The position numbers and the translations under genes are program-made. Shown here piece by piece: positions 10,236 to 22,350 of a stretch of 34,273 bases of DNA. The stretch comes from Nemertoderma westbladi. Lineage: Eukaryota; Animalia; Xenacoelomorpha. Within the stretch, counting starts at the first letter, position 1, and each line of letters opens with the position of its first letter. The stretch is taken from the NCBI GenBank assembly GCA_032718475.1, contig JAUCBJ010005371.1, positions 1 through 34,273 of the forward strand, read 5' to 3'. Below the pieces are notes generated by a model that made no database searches, had not been told where the DNA came from, and worked only from the letters and a program-made list of their open reading frames with translations.

Positions 10236-11660
10236 GACTACGCTAAATTTAAAAAACTAAAATTATTTATTTTGTTTGTGGATTTTTCCAAAGCGTATGA
10301 TAAGGTGCCAAGGATGAAACTTTTAGACAGATTAAGGAAGGCAGGCTGTGGAAGAATTATGTTGTTAGCAATATTTTCAATTTATAAATGTACAAAAAGT
10401 ATTTTAAAGTCAGCTGTAGTTATTACAGCAACTGGTGTACGCCAGGGTGCATCTACGAGTGTTGTGCTTTTTTGTTTTTATATAGACACGTTGGTCAAAA
10501 TGGTAATGTCATCAGTTTCATCTGATGGTTTTTTGGGTTTATTACATATAATGTTATTGATGGATGATACAATTATTTTGTCCACAAACCGCGACTTGTT
10601 ATTATGTAAACTACGTGCTTTAATTTCCTTTTGCAATGATACTGGGATGGTACTTAATTTGAAAAAAACAAAGTTTTTTGTAATAAATGGTACGACAAGT
10701 GACAAAGTACCATTACATGTTGATGATATTATTGTAAAACATTGTGTAGAGTACATATATTTAGGCTCCATTTTTACTGAAGACGGTAAATTTAATACCG
10801 TATTTAATTTACATAAAATTAAATGCGAACAAGTTGTTAATAAATTTTCTATATTTTGTGCTAAAAATACAGCGTTACCATTTGTACTAAAGAAACAAGT
10901 TTTTGAGGCTGGGGTTGCTTCTGTGCTACTATATGGGTGCGAAGGTTGGCTAACAACCAACATTCGAGCTTTAGAGATATTTTATGGTCGGATGGTTAAA
11001 ACTCTCCTAGGAGTTAGAGAGCAGACACCAACCAATCTTTGTCTCATTGAAGCAGGCATGCCAGCTATAGAAACTCGTATTTTACGGTGCCGTAAACGAT
11101 TTTTGTTGAAGGCAGCAGAATCTTTACCTGCAGATTGCCCTTTTCAGTTAGCTTTAAACTTATGTAAAGGTGCTGACACACCTGGTTCTAGAATGATAAA
11201 AGATGCATTATGTTGGCATGAACCTGGTGTATTTAATAGTAATATTGTTAATAATGTTTGTAATAAACCAGAAACTGCAACCAAATTTTTCACTTATAGA
11301 ACAATTTTAAATCCATCGTTATCGTGTCATCCTATTTATAATTTGAAATCTCCTCTGGTGCCTGATTATTTACGCTTATCCTTTTCAAGATGTCGGTTGA
11401 TGTCTCATAACTTGCTGATTGAGAAAGGTAGATGGCAGCGCATACCCCGCGAAAGCAGGGTTTGTAGCTGTGATAATGTGTCTATCCAAGATGAGACACA
11501 TGTATTACTCAATTGCAGGTTAACGGCAACCATCCGAGATTGTTTCCCAAATATTAATTTCGCAACGTTTGGTAATATAAATGAGCTTTTTGATATAAAC
11601 TTAACAGAAATCTACTCAGTATGTAAATACATAGATTTAGTACTAGCATTGTATAAGTAA
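10236..11660 (+). pseudogene. LINE ORF2 fragment: RT core and C-terminal zinc-finger-like motif (RTEX/Proto2-like); endonuclease missing
   Basis: FVDFSKAYDKV, GVRQGASTS, LLMDDTII, YIYLGS, LLYGCEGW, and RLMSHNLLIEKGRW..R..RVCSC...DETHVLLNC. Followed by a 3' UTR with AATAAA (~11799) and a (CTAT)n tail at ~11807-11821. Confidence 0.9.
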
Positions 11661-12204
11661 ATTTAATAATTATTTAATTTATTAGGTTCGTGAGATTATA
11701 GAGTAATATTTTGATTATATCTGGACAGTTATTTTTTTTTGTTTTTGTGATTTCGTGTGTAGTTCAAGTTTTGTGCACTATATAAATCATTAATTGTCAA
11801 TAAATTCTATCTATCTATCTAGGTAAAATTTTATGATGATCAATTTTTTCACTGTTTTCCGGAAGGTTTTATAGTGTTTTTATAGTGTTTTCCCTATGTT
11901 TTACGGTGATTACTTAAGGTGTGCTATGCGGGGAGTACATTTAGGATTGCCAATTCTGAGAAGTACATGTGTTAAATTTCCTGCTGATCATTATTTTCAC
12001 TGTTTTCCGGGTGTTTTACTGTTTTACTAGTGTTTTCATAATTTAGAACTATCCACCAAGCTGCTGCAAAGCCACAAAATTTAGTGGTTATTTCTCATAG
12101 ATAGAATCCCTCAAACAATAGGTTTAACACGTCGGTGAAAGTACTTGGCCCTAACAATATTTATGTCCTCTTTCAGATGAGGGAAAATAAAAAAAGTAAT
12201 AGCT

Positions 12205-13844
12205 CCAGTAGTTTTCGACCCTAAACTCAGAATTATTGCCAGGACCCAACTTACTCCACTCGCTTTGGGAATACTACTACGACTCCGGCAGTATTCCATC
12301 GCCTTTGCATCTGATATTGAAGGCATGTTTCTACAGGTGAAAGCGTTGCAATGAGACCGATATAGCTTATGGTTCTTATGGTGGCCTGATGGTGATTTCG
12401 ACAAAGAACCGGTAGAGTACTGGATGCCTATCCAGGCCTTCGGTATTATCTCTAATCCATCAAATGCTTGCTCGATAGTGTGTACCACTGCTGACGAAAA
12501 TCGAGACGCCTTCCCCAAAGCAGTCATCGATAACATCAAATGTAACATCTACATGGACGACAACCTCAAATCCCTGCCTACGGTAGAAGAAGCAATCGAG
12601 GTTGCCAAGGGAACGGTAAAGTGTCTTCAACGTGGTGGATTCTGGTTAACTACATTCACCAGCAACTCCCATGAGTTTCTGGAGGCGATCCCAGAAAAAG
12701 AACAAGGTGCTAAAGATCTCGACCTCATTAAAGACGACCTTCTCGAAACTAAAACACTCAGATTGAAGTGGGATACAGAGAGGGATATTTTGTTCTTTCA
12801 ATTAAAACAACACGATAATCATGTTCGAACTAAGAGGATTTGCCTGAGTATTCTGAGCACATCTTTCGATCTGTTAGGATTTATTAGTCCTGTAATCCTG
12901 GTTGCTCGGAGTCTAGTCCAACAAATGTGGCTTGAAAACCACTCTTGGGATGATCCACTTAAGGGAGAACTGATAAAGAAGTGGATGAAGTGGGAAGACT
13001 CTTTACCAGCTATTGAAGACTTTAGGATTTCCATCTCGTATTTCGGTCACGTTCTCCCCACTTATTCCTATCAACTCCATGTCTTTGGAGATGCCAGCGA
13101 TATTGGAATAGGTATAGTAGCCTTTTTGAGGGTCGAAACTTCGGAAGGAATTAAAGTTTCATTGGCCGCCTCAAAGGCTTCGATAAACAACAAACTACAG
13201 GTCCCTAGAGTGCAGTTAAAAGCGGCATTAAACGCTACCGCCATCGGCAGGAACATAATGGAACAGATAGAATATCCGTAGGATAAATCTGTTTATTGGA
13301 CAGATGCATTACACATTCAGGAATATTTGACTAACGAAGTCTGCCAGTTCAGCGACTTTGTCACCAACCGAGTAGCTGTTATACTTAAGTTGGACTAATA
13401 GAGACCAATGGAGACATTGCCCTGGAACCATTAATCTAGCCGACATCGCCTCCAGAAGAGCTACACCTAAAGAACTGATGGATATGCCAGATTGGTTAGG
13501 TGGCCCTGACTTCCTAAGTAAAGAGGTGGAGGAATGCCTCCCCCCCCCCCCCCCCCCATCTTACAACGGTTGAGATCAGACAAGCCAAGGGAGCGGAGAC
13601 TGTTAAAACAAAGACCCGGATGAGTAAATCCAAACTGTTCAAACCAGCGATAGATCTGTCAGTCCTGCATACTGCTGATGACGATAATAAAGATCCTAAG
13701 CGAGTCTCTGGTTAGGCGGTTGTTTATATTCAAGAGCGAGATTGGAAGACTGGTATACCAGATGTCTCTGAAGGACTCTCTCCTATTATTCAGAGAGTGA
13801 TGGTGTATTATAGTTCTTGGAATAGGCTTTGTAAAGCCATAACT
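12205..13844 (+). mobile_element. Decayed BEL/Pao pol fragment (RT and RNase H)
   Basis: GPNLL, SDIEGMFLQV, YMDD, WDDPL, QLHVFGDAS motifs, with stops and frameshifts. Same family as 22351-26850. Confidence 0.9.
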
Positions 13845-14260
13845 TTTGATGATGGCTCCACCTACTGGCTCCAGACCAGAAGTCGAGGATATCCTGCCAA
13901 GTACCTAACTGATCTAGACTTTGCTGATGACATAGGAGTACTCTCAGAATCACTAAAGGTAGCCCAACAGCTCCTCATCTCATTAGAACAGGCTGCTTTT
14001 AGTGTTGGTCTTTTTATTAACTCCAGAAAGAGCAAAATTTTGGCAGTTTTTTGAAAGTCCTCAGCAAGTCTCTGATCAGATGAGCATAAGCTCAAAGGAT
14101 GGTATACTTGAGCATGTAGACGACACTGGCCTTGAAGATGCGGATGATCTAGCAAAGTCATGGGTGATAGGGAGTTGTGGCGGCGCAATTTTGTCGACAA
14201 GCCAGCACAGCATCCTTGAAAATGCAGCTGCAATGCAGCATGCCGATCCTAGTAGTAGTA
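13845..14260 (+). mobile_element. Internally deleted RTE LINE fragment
   Basis: YLTDLDFADDI motif. Aligns by eye with 29260-30082 but lacks ~29490-29970. Ends in a short GTA repeat. Confidence 0.85.
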
Positions 14261-14379
14261 GAGAATGCTATGCCGGTGTACAAGGCTGAGATAACTCCCT
14301 CTTGAAATGACTCCCCAGTTATCTCAGCCTAGGCTGAGAACACTCCCCTTAGACTGAGCCGGCTTAGCAACAAAACTGT

Positions 14380-14965
14380 GCTGCCACGATGCAATCCTCA
14401 ATCGACATGCTGCAATGCAGCATGCATTAAGAATGCTAGGCCGGCTTATCGAATAAATTGCGCCGCTGCCACCCCCTACCCCCATGATTTTCGCAAAATT
14501 ATCCGCATCTTCAAGGTTACGGTCCTTTAAGAAACGTCTCAAGAAAGTCATGGTCTTCTCACCACGATTATTCTATCCATGAGGCTGCCAAAACAAAAAA
14601 ATATACAGGCTGGTCCTCACAGCAAAAGCAATGACCTGTGAAGCGGATGCGACTCTGTTAAAGGTAAAACTTTTGGGTACCAATCTATTGAAAGTCAAAT
14701 GTTGTATGGATTCTGATTGGACATTGTACTTGACAGAGTCAACCCGATGTAGCATTCTTGTGTATGTGCCATCCAGAGATTTATAGTTTATTATTGGTGT
14801 TATGTGTTATGTTTGCCGACTTTGCAAAAGCTGTGCGCAACAAAAAGTTGTAATACAGAGATTTGGTGTCCTCACCTCGGCAGTTAGAGCCTAGCATGGA
14901 TTCCCATATTGCTCTAAGTAATAGAACCTTATGTTTCCGTACCTGACTTCCGGATCCATGATTCA
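14380..14965 (-). mobile_element. Diverged RTE LINE 3' fragment, inverted relative to the preceding copy
   Basis: Minus strand matches ATCATGGATCCGGAAGTCAGG (cf. ~29509), LFWQPHG, CTTGAAGATGCGGAT and the 3' end of the 28950-30082 copy. Confidence 0.78.
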
Positions 14966-17008
14966 ATGTAACAGAAAATTCAATGGCTTTCATTGGGATT
15001 AGTTTTACAAAGAAAAATATAAATGCTATCTCAGATGCGCAACTCTCTGATGGCCCCTGGTTCGAAATTTAAATCATGTTTTGTATCGAATTGTCAATTA
15101 CCTCGTAACGAATCCAACTCTATAGTAAATAGGTTAATGGATTAAGACATGCCACCAAAGAATGTGGGACAGGTATGGCTGATTTATTGATCAAATGGGT
15201 TCGAAGCAAATGTTCCGCAAACCTTCTCGAGCGTTAAGTGGACTCACAACTCAAGCCCTCCTTCCCTCTCCGTAGGTGGACAATAAACAGAGTTGGGCGC
15301 CTTTGGCTAGCTATCCCTACAACATGCAGCATCCCAGAGTGCTGCACTAGGGCGTTTTCTTATTCTATCTATAATGAAGGGAGCAGGTCATTGCTAATGC
15401 AAGAACCTTCCACGAATAATAAAGGTGGTCGACCTTCAAAATTACACATATAACCGCAAGAATACAACTTACTATGATTAAAGATTATCGAAATGGTCAA
15501 AAATTAAGTCAATTATGTCACTGTATGACCAACACCACTGAGGCGAGGGGAGCAGAAAGGGGTGGTGTTGGATTAGGTTTATGATGAGTTAAGGATAATT
15601 TTATTATAATTAGGGAAGTGCAAGCAAGATATGGGTTCGATTGATAGAAATATCATTCATTAAAGTTAATAAACAATCTCTTTACAATTGGGTGACAAGA
15701 GATAATGATTGTTGACGTAGAAGTATGATAGTTATCTGCAATTTGTTTTAAATCTTACCGCAAGATCTTTTATTCTATTAGCTAATATCTAAACAAACGC
15801 CTTGAATCAACAATCTTATCACCATCAACAATTGATTGATTCGATCCGACGATCGGAGTTGTTGGTATTTGAATAATAAATGTATGTTGTAGAAACACAA
15901 GAACGAGGAAATCACGAACATTTATTGAGAAACTGTAACTGCGAACATAACCAGCAGTTACTATAAGTTATAGCTCAATGTAGAGTAACCCGACCCTTTT
16001 AGCTAATGCTGAATCACACAACCATTGTTTGACCACAATCTATTTATGCGGTCTGTGTTGAAATTATAAACATGAACAAACTAACGAATGAATTACAGTA
16101 TATATAGTTATGGGTACAGTATAATATATAAATGAAATAAGAATATTATAATGAGACTACTATCTACAGATATAAAATTCTAAAAATCTACAAAGTAACA
16201 TTTAAAATTTACTACGTCAGTTTTTCGTAATTTATTTTAAACAAGCAAATATATTTATTCGAAATTTAAAAAAATATTTGATGAAAAATGTAATAATGGA
16301 ATTTGAGATTTGTAATTTGACCAAACAGTAAAATCATTCCATGGCTTATAAGTCCGAGCAAGAAGCAAATATCGTACAACAACATACTTGCAAGACTGCA
16401 TATTAAATTGAAATCAAGTTCCGAATAAAATTATTTTAACAAAAATAATACAATTGATATTTAATGGCATAGGCCTATCTGCAATAAGGGTAAGGCATAT
16501 TAATTAATAATAGAGTTAATATTATCTTTAATGATATATGTATGTAAGCTCACACTACAGCAGCACTCCAAATTATAGTGTGAGTCTTTATAAACAAGAT
16601 AATACGTAAATAGTACGTACACAGCACCAATCTTCAAAATTTTCTTGTACCTGTACAAAATACATACACATGTTAGTTATCCTGTGTAATAATAATATTT
16701 ATCGGATATCACACAAAAAGCAATTAATGTTTAACCTCTAGAATAAATTGTTTTGTTTATTGGATTGCAAAGCTACGCAATATGAAAAAGTCGCCCGCAA
16801 ATTACAGCGAAAAAAAAAATATAAAGAAAAAATACACATTACACATTACAATGAAAAACTAACATATAAATGTTCTAAAACCAGAGTAGGACCTATAATA
16901 TTTAATCAAAGTCTATACATCTTTGTATACCTTTGCCGTTTAGATATATTAAACTAAATATTATATTTTAAGGACATATAATAAATAATTAGAATTAATA
17001 TATGTATA

Positions 17009-17949
17009 CACCATGACCCGTAATATAGTGTCATTTTCTGATAACGCGCACCCACCCCCCCCCCCCCCCCCCACCCCTCCTCAACTTTTTCGACAAATCT
17101 TTATCATATTGCTTGAAATTTGAAACACAACTAGTTCCACTCACCGTCGATGACCCCGTGAAGCCGGAATTTTCGATTTTGCGTTGAAATTTTTTTTATA
17201 AGTGTTTTGAAAAAGTATCTATTGCGAAATCGCACATTCGTAGACATTCTTCACATTAGTCATAGTGATCATAATGATGTCATAATGAAATAATTTTCAT
17301 ATCATTAAAAAGCGTGCGTTGCAATGATTCCAAATATGTAAAAATATCTGAATTTGGTTGAGAAACAACTGAGATATAGGCTTTCAATGATTGCAATAAG
17401 TATCGTTCGCTGCAGGCCATTTATTCTATTTAATAAATAAACCCAAATTCTAGAATGTGTTATATATTTTATAAGTTGGTTGGCAACAGCGGTATTCCTA
17501 TCCAATATATTTATTACGTAGCTATTCATACTTAAACAAAATGTTCCAGAACATCGTGTATTTATTAAATAGAATAAATGGCCTTCAGCAAACGATACTT
17601 CTTGCAATCTTTGAAAGCCTACATATATCTCAGTTGTTTCTCAACGAAATTCAGATATTGTTACATTATTTCGAATCCTTGCAAGGCAAGCTTTTTAATG
17701 ATATTAAAAAATTACGACTAATGTGAAGAATGACCACGATACGGAGGGTGCGATTTCGCAAAAGACACTTTTTTAAAACGCTTATAAAAACAATTTAAAG
17801 GCTAAATCGAAAATTCCGGCTTCATGGGGTCATCGACGTGAGTAGAACTAGTTCTGTTTCAAATTTTAAGCAATATAATAAAGATTTGTAGAAAAGGTTG
17901 AGGGGGGTCCGTATCATCAGAAAATGGCACTATATTACGGGACTTGGTG
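17009..17949. mobile_element. 941-bp foldback MITE with TA target site (Tc1/mariner-like ends)
   Basis: TA|CACCATGACCCGTAATATAGTG ... CACTATATTACGGGACTTGGTG|TA. Arms ~17009-17439 and ~17558-17949 are imperfect reverse complements. Confidence 0.9.
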
Positions 17950-18566
17950 TATATTGGACAGTACTTTGGCACTACGGCACCATACACTAGATATAAATGT
18001 TACTAAAAATACTATAATATTGTACTAATGGTTTGTTGTACCATAGTATAACAACACTGCAAGTAAGTCTACTTAGCATGTTCTAGAACTACAATAAATA
18101 TTATACTACTTGAAAGCATATGTGAAGCGATTTAAAAAAAAGTCTGTAGGGTACAAAGTGCTATGAATATATATGTATATGTATATACTGTACTGATTCG
18201 AAGTACCTACAATACTTTGGCCGAGCTACGAGGTGGAGGGAGGGGACTCTATACGCAATCACTCTAGAACACTCTCTAGTAGATTCTTGTATATTGTTTT
18301 GGTTAGATAACATTCCACTGTAACCCGCTCGTTTCCTCAATTGATAATTGAAATTGGTAATTAAAAACGATGCTAGACAGAATTTCGTTGAGATTGAAAT
18401 TCGATTGACTTGCATTAATAGCCCACCTCACCCCGTATCTTAAAATTTATGTTATAAATATATAATAACTACATATGATAGACAACGTCTTAAATTATTA
18501 CTGAAGTAAATTCATCGACCAATTCATTCTTCAGCTGCACTACTAGCGCGCATTGTTACGCATCAT

Positions 18567-19289
18567 CTAATCAAAGTCGTTGGTAATAGTCGTGCAGTAC
18601 GGTACTGTGCAAACGAATTCCTCATCATCCTGGAGCGGTTTACGAAGTTTATCATAACGGCATGGGAACTTAGAGCGGGTGCAACGATGCCGTTTCATAC
18701 ACTTTCCGAACTGACGGAGACACGTAAAATCATCGAACGCGCACTTCTGGCAGGGGTACTGCTTGGGGCGCAGGTAGCACGCCAAGCAGCTCGTGTGCTC
18801 ACACATGTCGAGCTTACCATCTTCCGTGTCGCAGGGTTTACCTCCATCACGGACACCTTGCGGGGCCGAACACACCGCTTTCGGGTTGGCGCGACACAGC
18901 TCTGGGCTACACTTTGGGCGGCACCAATTTTTGGTGCTCGGTTGATCCGCCAGCTGCATGGCCGTGCGAGGTTTAATTCGGGGCAAACAGAGGCCTTTGG
19001 CCCCAGCAGGAAGCGATGTTCCCTTTTTGATGGTGACGCCGCACATGAGACCTTTGTCGCACTTTCCAAGATATCCGTCCCTTCCACCGCATCTCTCACC
19101 TTCGACTTTAGCGCATACCGGACAGCATCCACATACCGCGGTACTTGTGCCCCCCGGGCAGTTCTTTAAATCAGATAACTTTTTATCACAGTATATTTTC
19201 TCGCAAGGGGGACAAATAATTGATTTTACCGCGGGCAGGTTGCCAATAATGACAGCGCAGAACAAGCTGGCATATAGAGTTATATACAT
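18567..19289 (-). CDS. Secreted cysteine-rich protein: signal peptide, IGFBP N-terminal (IB) domain, unassigned 16-Cys C-terminal domain
   Basis: Single 240-aa ORF that is GC-richer than its flanks. Hydrophobic N-terminus, 12-Cys IB pattern with CGCCPVCAKVEGERCGG...GKCDKGLMC, and 16 further Cys after a linker. Confidence 0.9.
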   Translation of the reverse strand: MYITLYASLFCAVIIGNLPAVKSIICPPCEKIYCDKKLSDLKNCPGGTSTAVCGCCPVCAKVEGERCGGRDGYLGKCDKGLMCGVTIKKGTSLPAGAKGLCLPRIKPRTAMQLADQPSTKNWCRPKCSPELCRANPKAVCSAPQGVRDGGKPCDTEDGKLDMCEHTSCLACYLRPKQYPCQKCAFDDFTCLRQFGKCMKRHRCTRSKFPCRYDKLRKPLQDDEEFVCTVPYCTTITNDFD

Positions 19290-19438
19290 AGTTAATTAAT
19301 AACAATAATTACATCATGTTATAATTGTTATCTTGAAACAAGAAACAAAATACCAAATAGTACCTCAGTGTAAGTAAATAAAAAATTTGTTAATGCAATT
19401 CCTGCAAAGGTACTTCACAGAAATATGTTGGCAGAATG

Positions 19439-19450
19439 TTTATATATAAA
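19439..19450 (-). promoter_or_regulatory. Candidate TATA box of the IGFBP-domain gene
   Basis: TTTATATATAAA ~150 bp upstream of the ATG. Weak evidence in AT-rich DNA. Confidence 0.3.
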
Positions 19451-22350
19451 GTGGCTAATTAATTAATGACCCCTTGTGTGAATATGATTGACAAGTGGAT
19501 ACAATGTATAAATGATGTCGTAAATTAACATTTTTATATACATAAAGGTCCATAAAGGTCCACTCTTGAAAGAAAACAATTAATACCTTAGGTTCACCTA
19601 GGTGTGTTCTAAGGGAACTTTACATTAAGTAGTTTGAATATGTTAACACTTTAAGCCAATCAAGGTGGTATTATGTTGGCTATATAGACACCCACTTGGC
19701 AAGAAACGATTCACCCTGTGGCGTTTAACAATTAATTATCGCAAACACAGCACAGTTTAACTACTGCATAATTAATACACTCCTAATATTAAAGCGGAAT
19801 GAGAGATAGTTACAAATCCACAGCTCTTTTGTGTTGAAGGAATTGCCACATCGCGTTCGCCTGACTGGTGACAACCGCATTAGGCTTAGGTCGCGAATAC
19901 ACCCACCCCAGCTTGCTCCACCAGAGCTGGTGGGTAGTCCATCAACCAATCTCCGGGAACAATCAACATCGATTCAAGGCGATGTTCTAAAGCGATAATT
20001 TGGACTCGAAGGCGCCAATTGGGAGGGGTGGGCCCAAGGCTACCTTGGCCGAGTATTATTCTGCATATTATCATAGCTAACAACTTCTTAACGGACTGTC
20101 AAGCGTGAAAGATGCGTTAATGCGATGTTGAGATTTTTCTAATTAAATCAACAAAGGAGAAACGGTAAGTAGACTGTGTACAGTTAAAATTTCATTACAC
20201 TTTCTGATTTCAAAGTAACTAATAACACTGGAAGTGCCAGTGCCAGAAATATATTCCACTAATATATTATATTGATATGACATTTATAATGTGAGTCTGG
20301 CCGTAAGTAATTGCCCAGGCCTCCACCCCTAAACAATAACTCAAATGTAATGATAGTATAATTGGAAGACAAATTGAATGTGATAGTGTGGGAACCACAC
20401 CTGATGGGGATTACAGCAGGCAGCTGGGGTGAGAATACTAATCGAATCAGTTCTACCATCCGGGAAAAAGAGAAAAGATTTAAACCCAATATATTTCCTT
20501 ACACCTTAACAATTAAGGAGATGAAGCTGATTTGACCTCTAACAATAAATAATGACAATAAACATACATAAATACAATAATGCAAACATACATTAAGGGC
20601 CACTCACTTGCCACTTTACTTAATAGTTATACCTAAGTTCCTTGAAACGTTCCTATGTTAATATAATCACTTAGATGAAATTATTTAACTTATTATTATG
20701 TTTAATTCTTCCAAAGAAAACAGATACAATTCTGCAGATATCTGCGGTTTATTCACCGAACCTGGCTGCATATTATAGGATTATACTAAATCTTTTGTTA
20801 GAAAGTCAACTTATCCGCATTCTGGACCCGGTTTTACAAAGCATCTTAAGGAAAAACTTGACATTAAATTGAACCTCAAGGCTATTTATCCACTTCAATT
20901 TTTCATTGAAAATCTTAGAGCGTTTTACAAAACTACTTGACTTGAAACGTTCCTTGAAATCCACCTTGAACTTGAGGGGCTATATTCAGTTACATATTTA
21001 AGCCGAATCAACAGTTTATTATTTGTAAAAAAAACTGCATTGACGTTGTTTACTTACGTAATTTACTGATCCAGATGGGCTGGAAAGTATCCCATTGCTT
21101 TATGATGTCAATTGGTCTACGGGTGCATCAAAATAAGGATTTCTCCGTTGGACGAGTATCGAGAAGGCGAACTTCTATTCATTCAGCAAGTTTTCAGAAA
21201 GTTTCAGAAATTCAGAAAGTTTTCGATCGAAATTTCGCGCTTACTGTTGCGCAACAGGTGCCATTGGTAAAGCTATTTGACGCATGTAGAAGTTTTCTTA
21301 AAGTTTGTGGCGATTGTATTCATGTGAGCAAAGCATGATGTGGCAGTGAGACTGAAAAAGTGTGAACTCTGTCACGGATGCGTTGTTGAAACATTTTCCT
21401 GAGCTAAAGTCAAATTTCCCGAACGCACTGATTGGCAGGCAACAACTGTGAATGACCGGTCTCACAAACAACCGTTGGTTTGCCAGGTGTTGTTGGATTA
21501 GTAATAATTTATATTAATGAAAATAATTAATTTATTACATGGGAAAAAAGCAGAACTTTTTTCACTATTCTCGAGGCATTTTATTTACCGAGCGCAATTA
21601 AGGTTAATAAAGGTCGAGAGAATATTGAAAAACATGTACTACGTATTTTTACCATTTAATACTTAGTTTTATTCTTAAATTGGTACATGTTGTTGCTCAA
21701 TTCTCTAATTATAATACAGAACGATATAGTCTTATAAAATAAATTGAACTGTAAGTGTTTTAATATATTGCTTCCATAGTTACTGCGAATCCAATTATTG
21801 TACTCTTCAACTCCTGATGTTGCCTTACTCAATGTTAAATAATTTAGTGTTCTCGAATATTTATTACGTAACTAGCAGACTAGAGAGCCGCTTAACAACA
21901 TAAAACAATATTGAATATTGAATTCCGATTTGGAGTACAGGTACGCATTTCAGACACTATAGTTGCAACTTTTTCTTCGTTCAAAAAAAGTAAAATCAAT
22001 GCGATCCTATGCATTACTTATTTCCCTAGGGAAAATTATTCGGTGTATATTCGAGCGAAAAAGTAACAATTTAAGAATAAATTATTATAATTTTATACGT
22101 TGGTAAATTTAATTGTATTGTAAATTTTTATTATATTGTTACAACTAAGTATTAATATTTAAAACGAATTACATTTTTTGGGAACTTTATAAAAGTTAAC
22201 AAAAAATTTCAAATTAACTAATATTATCGTTTTAATTATTTGAATTGAATTCTACGTTTTTTTCAAAGAAATTCAGTTCTTAATTACTGTACCTAATTCG
22301 ATAGTTTCAACAATATCTTTTTCTTATGCTATCAGTAACAATGACTCTGA

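Larger units (their letters stand above)
2912..12054. mobile_element. Non-autonomous Mutator(MULE)-like DNA transposon with ~250-bp TIRs, carrying nested insertions
   Basis: 2912-3156 plus 8379-8392 is the imperfect reverse complement of 11822-12054. Termini are GGGTGATTCTAAATTA / TAATTTAGAACTATCC. Flanked by GCCAAGCTG (2903-2911) and ACCAAGCTG (12055-12063), a 9-bp TSD with one mismatch. No transposase seen. The superfamily is inferred from TSD length and long G-starting TIRs. Confidence 0.8.

Noticed and set aside
18687-19299. Antisense and alternative-frame ORFs over the IGFBP-domain gene
   Set aside because: Shadow ORFs without recognisable features.
19840-20490. GC-richer patches with short hairpins, considered as HDV-like ribozyme or SINE
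   Set aside because: I could not build a nested double pseudoknot or find clear A/B boxes.
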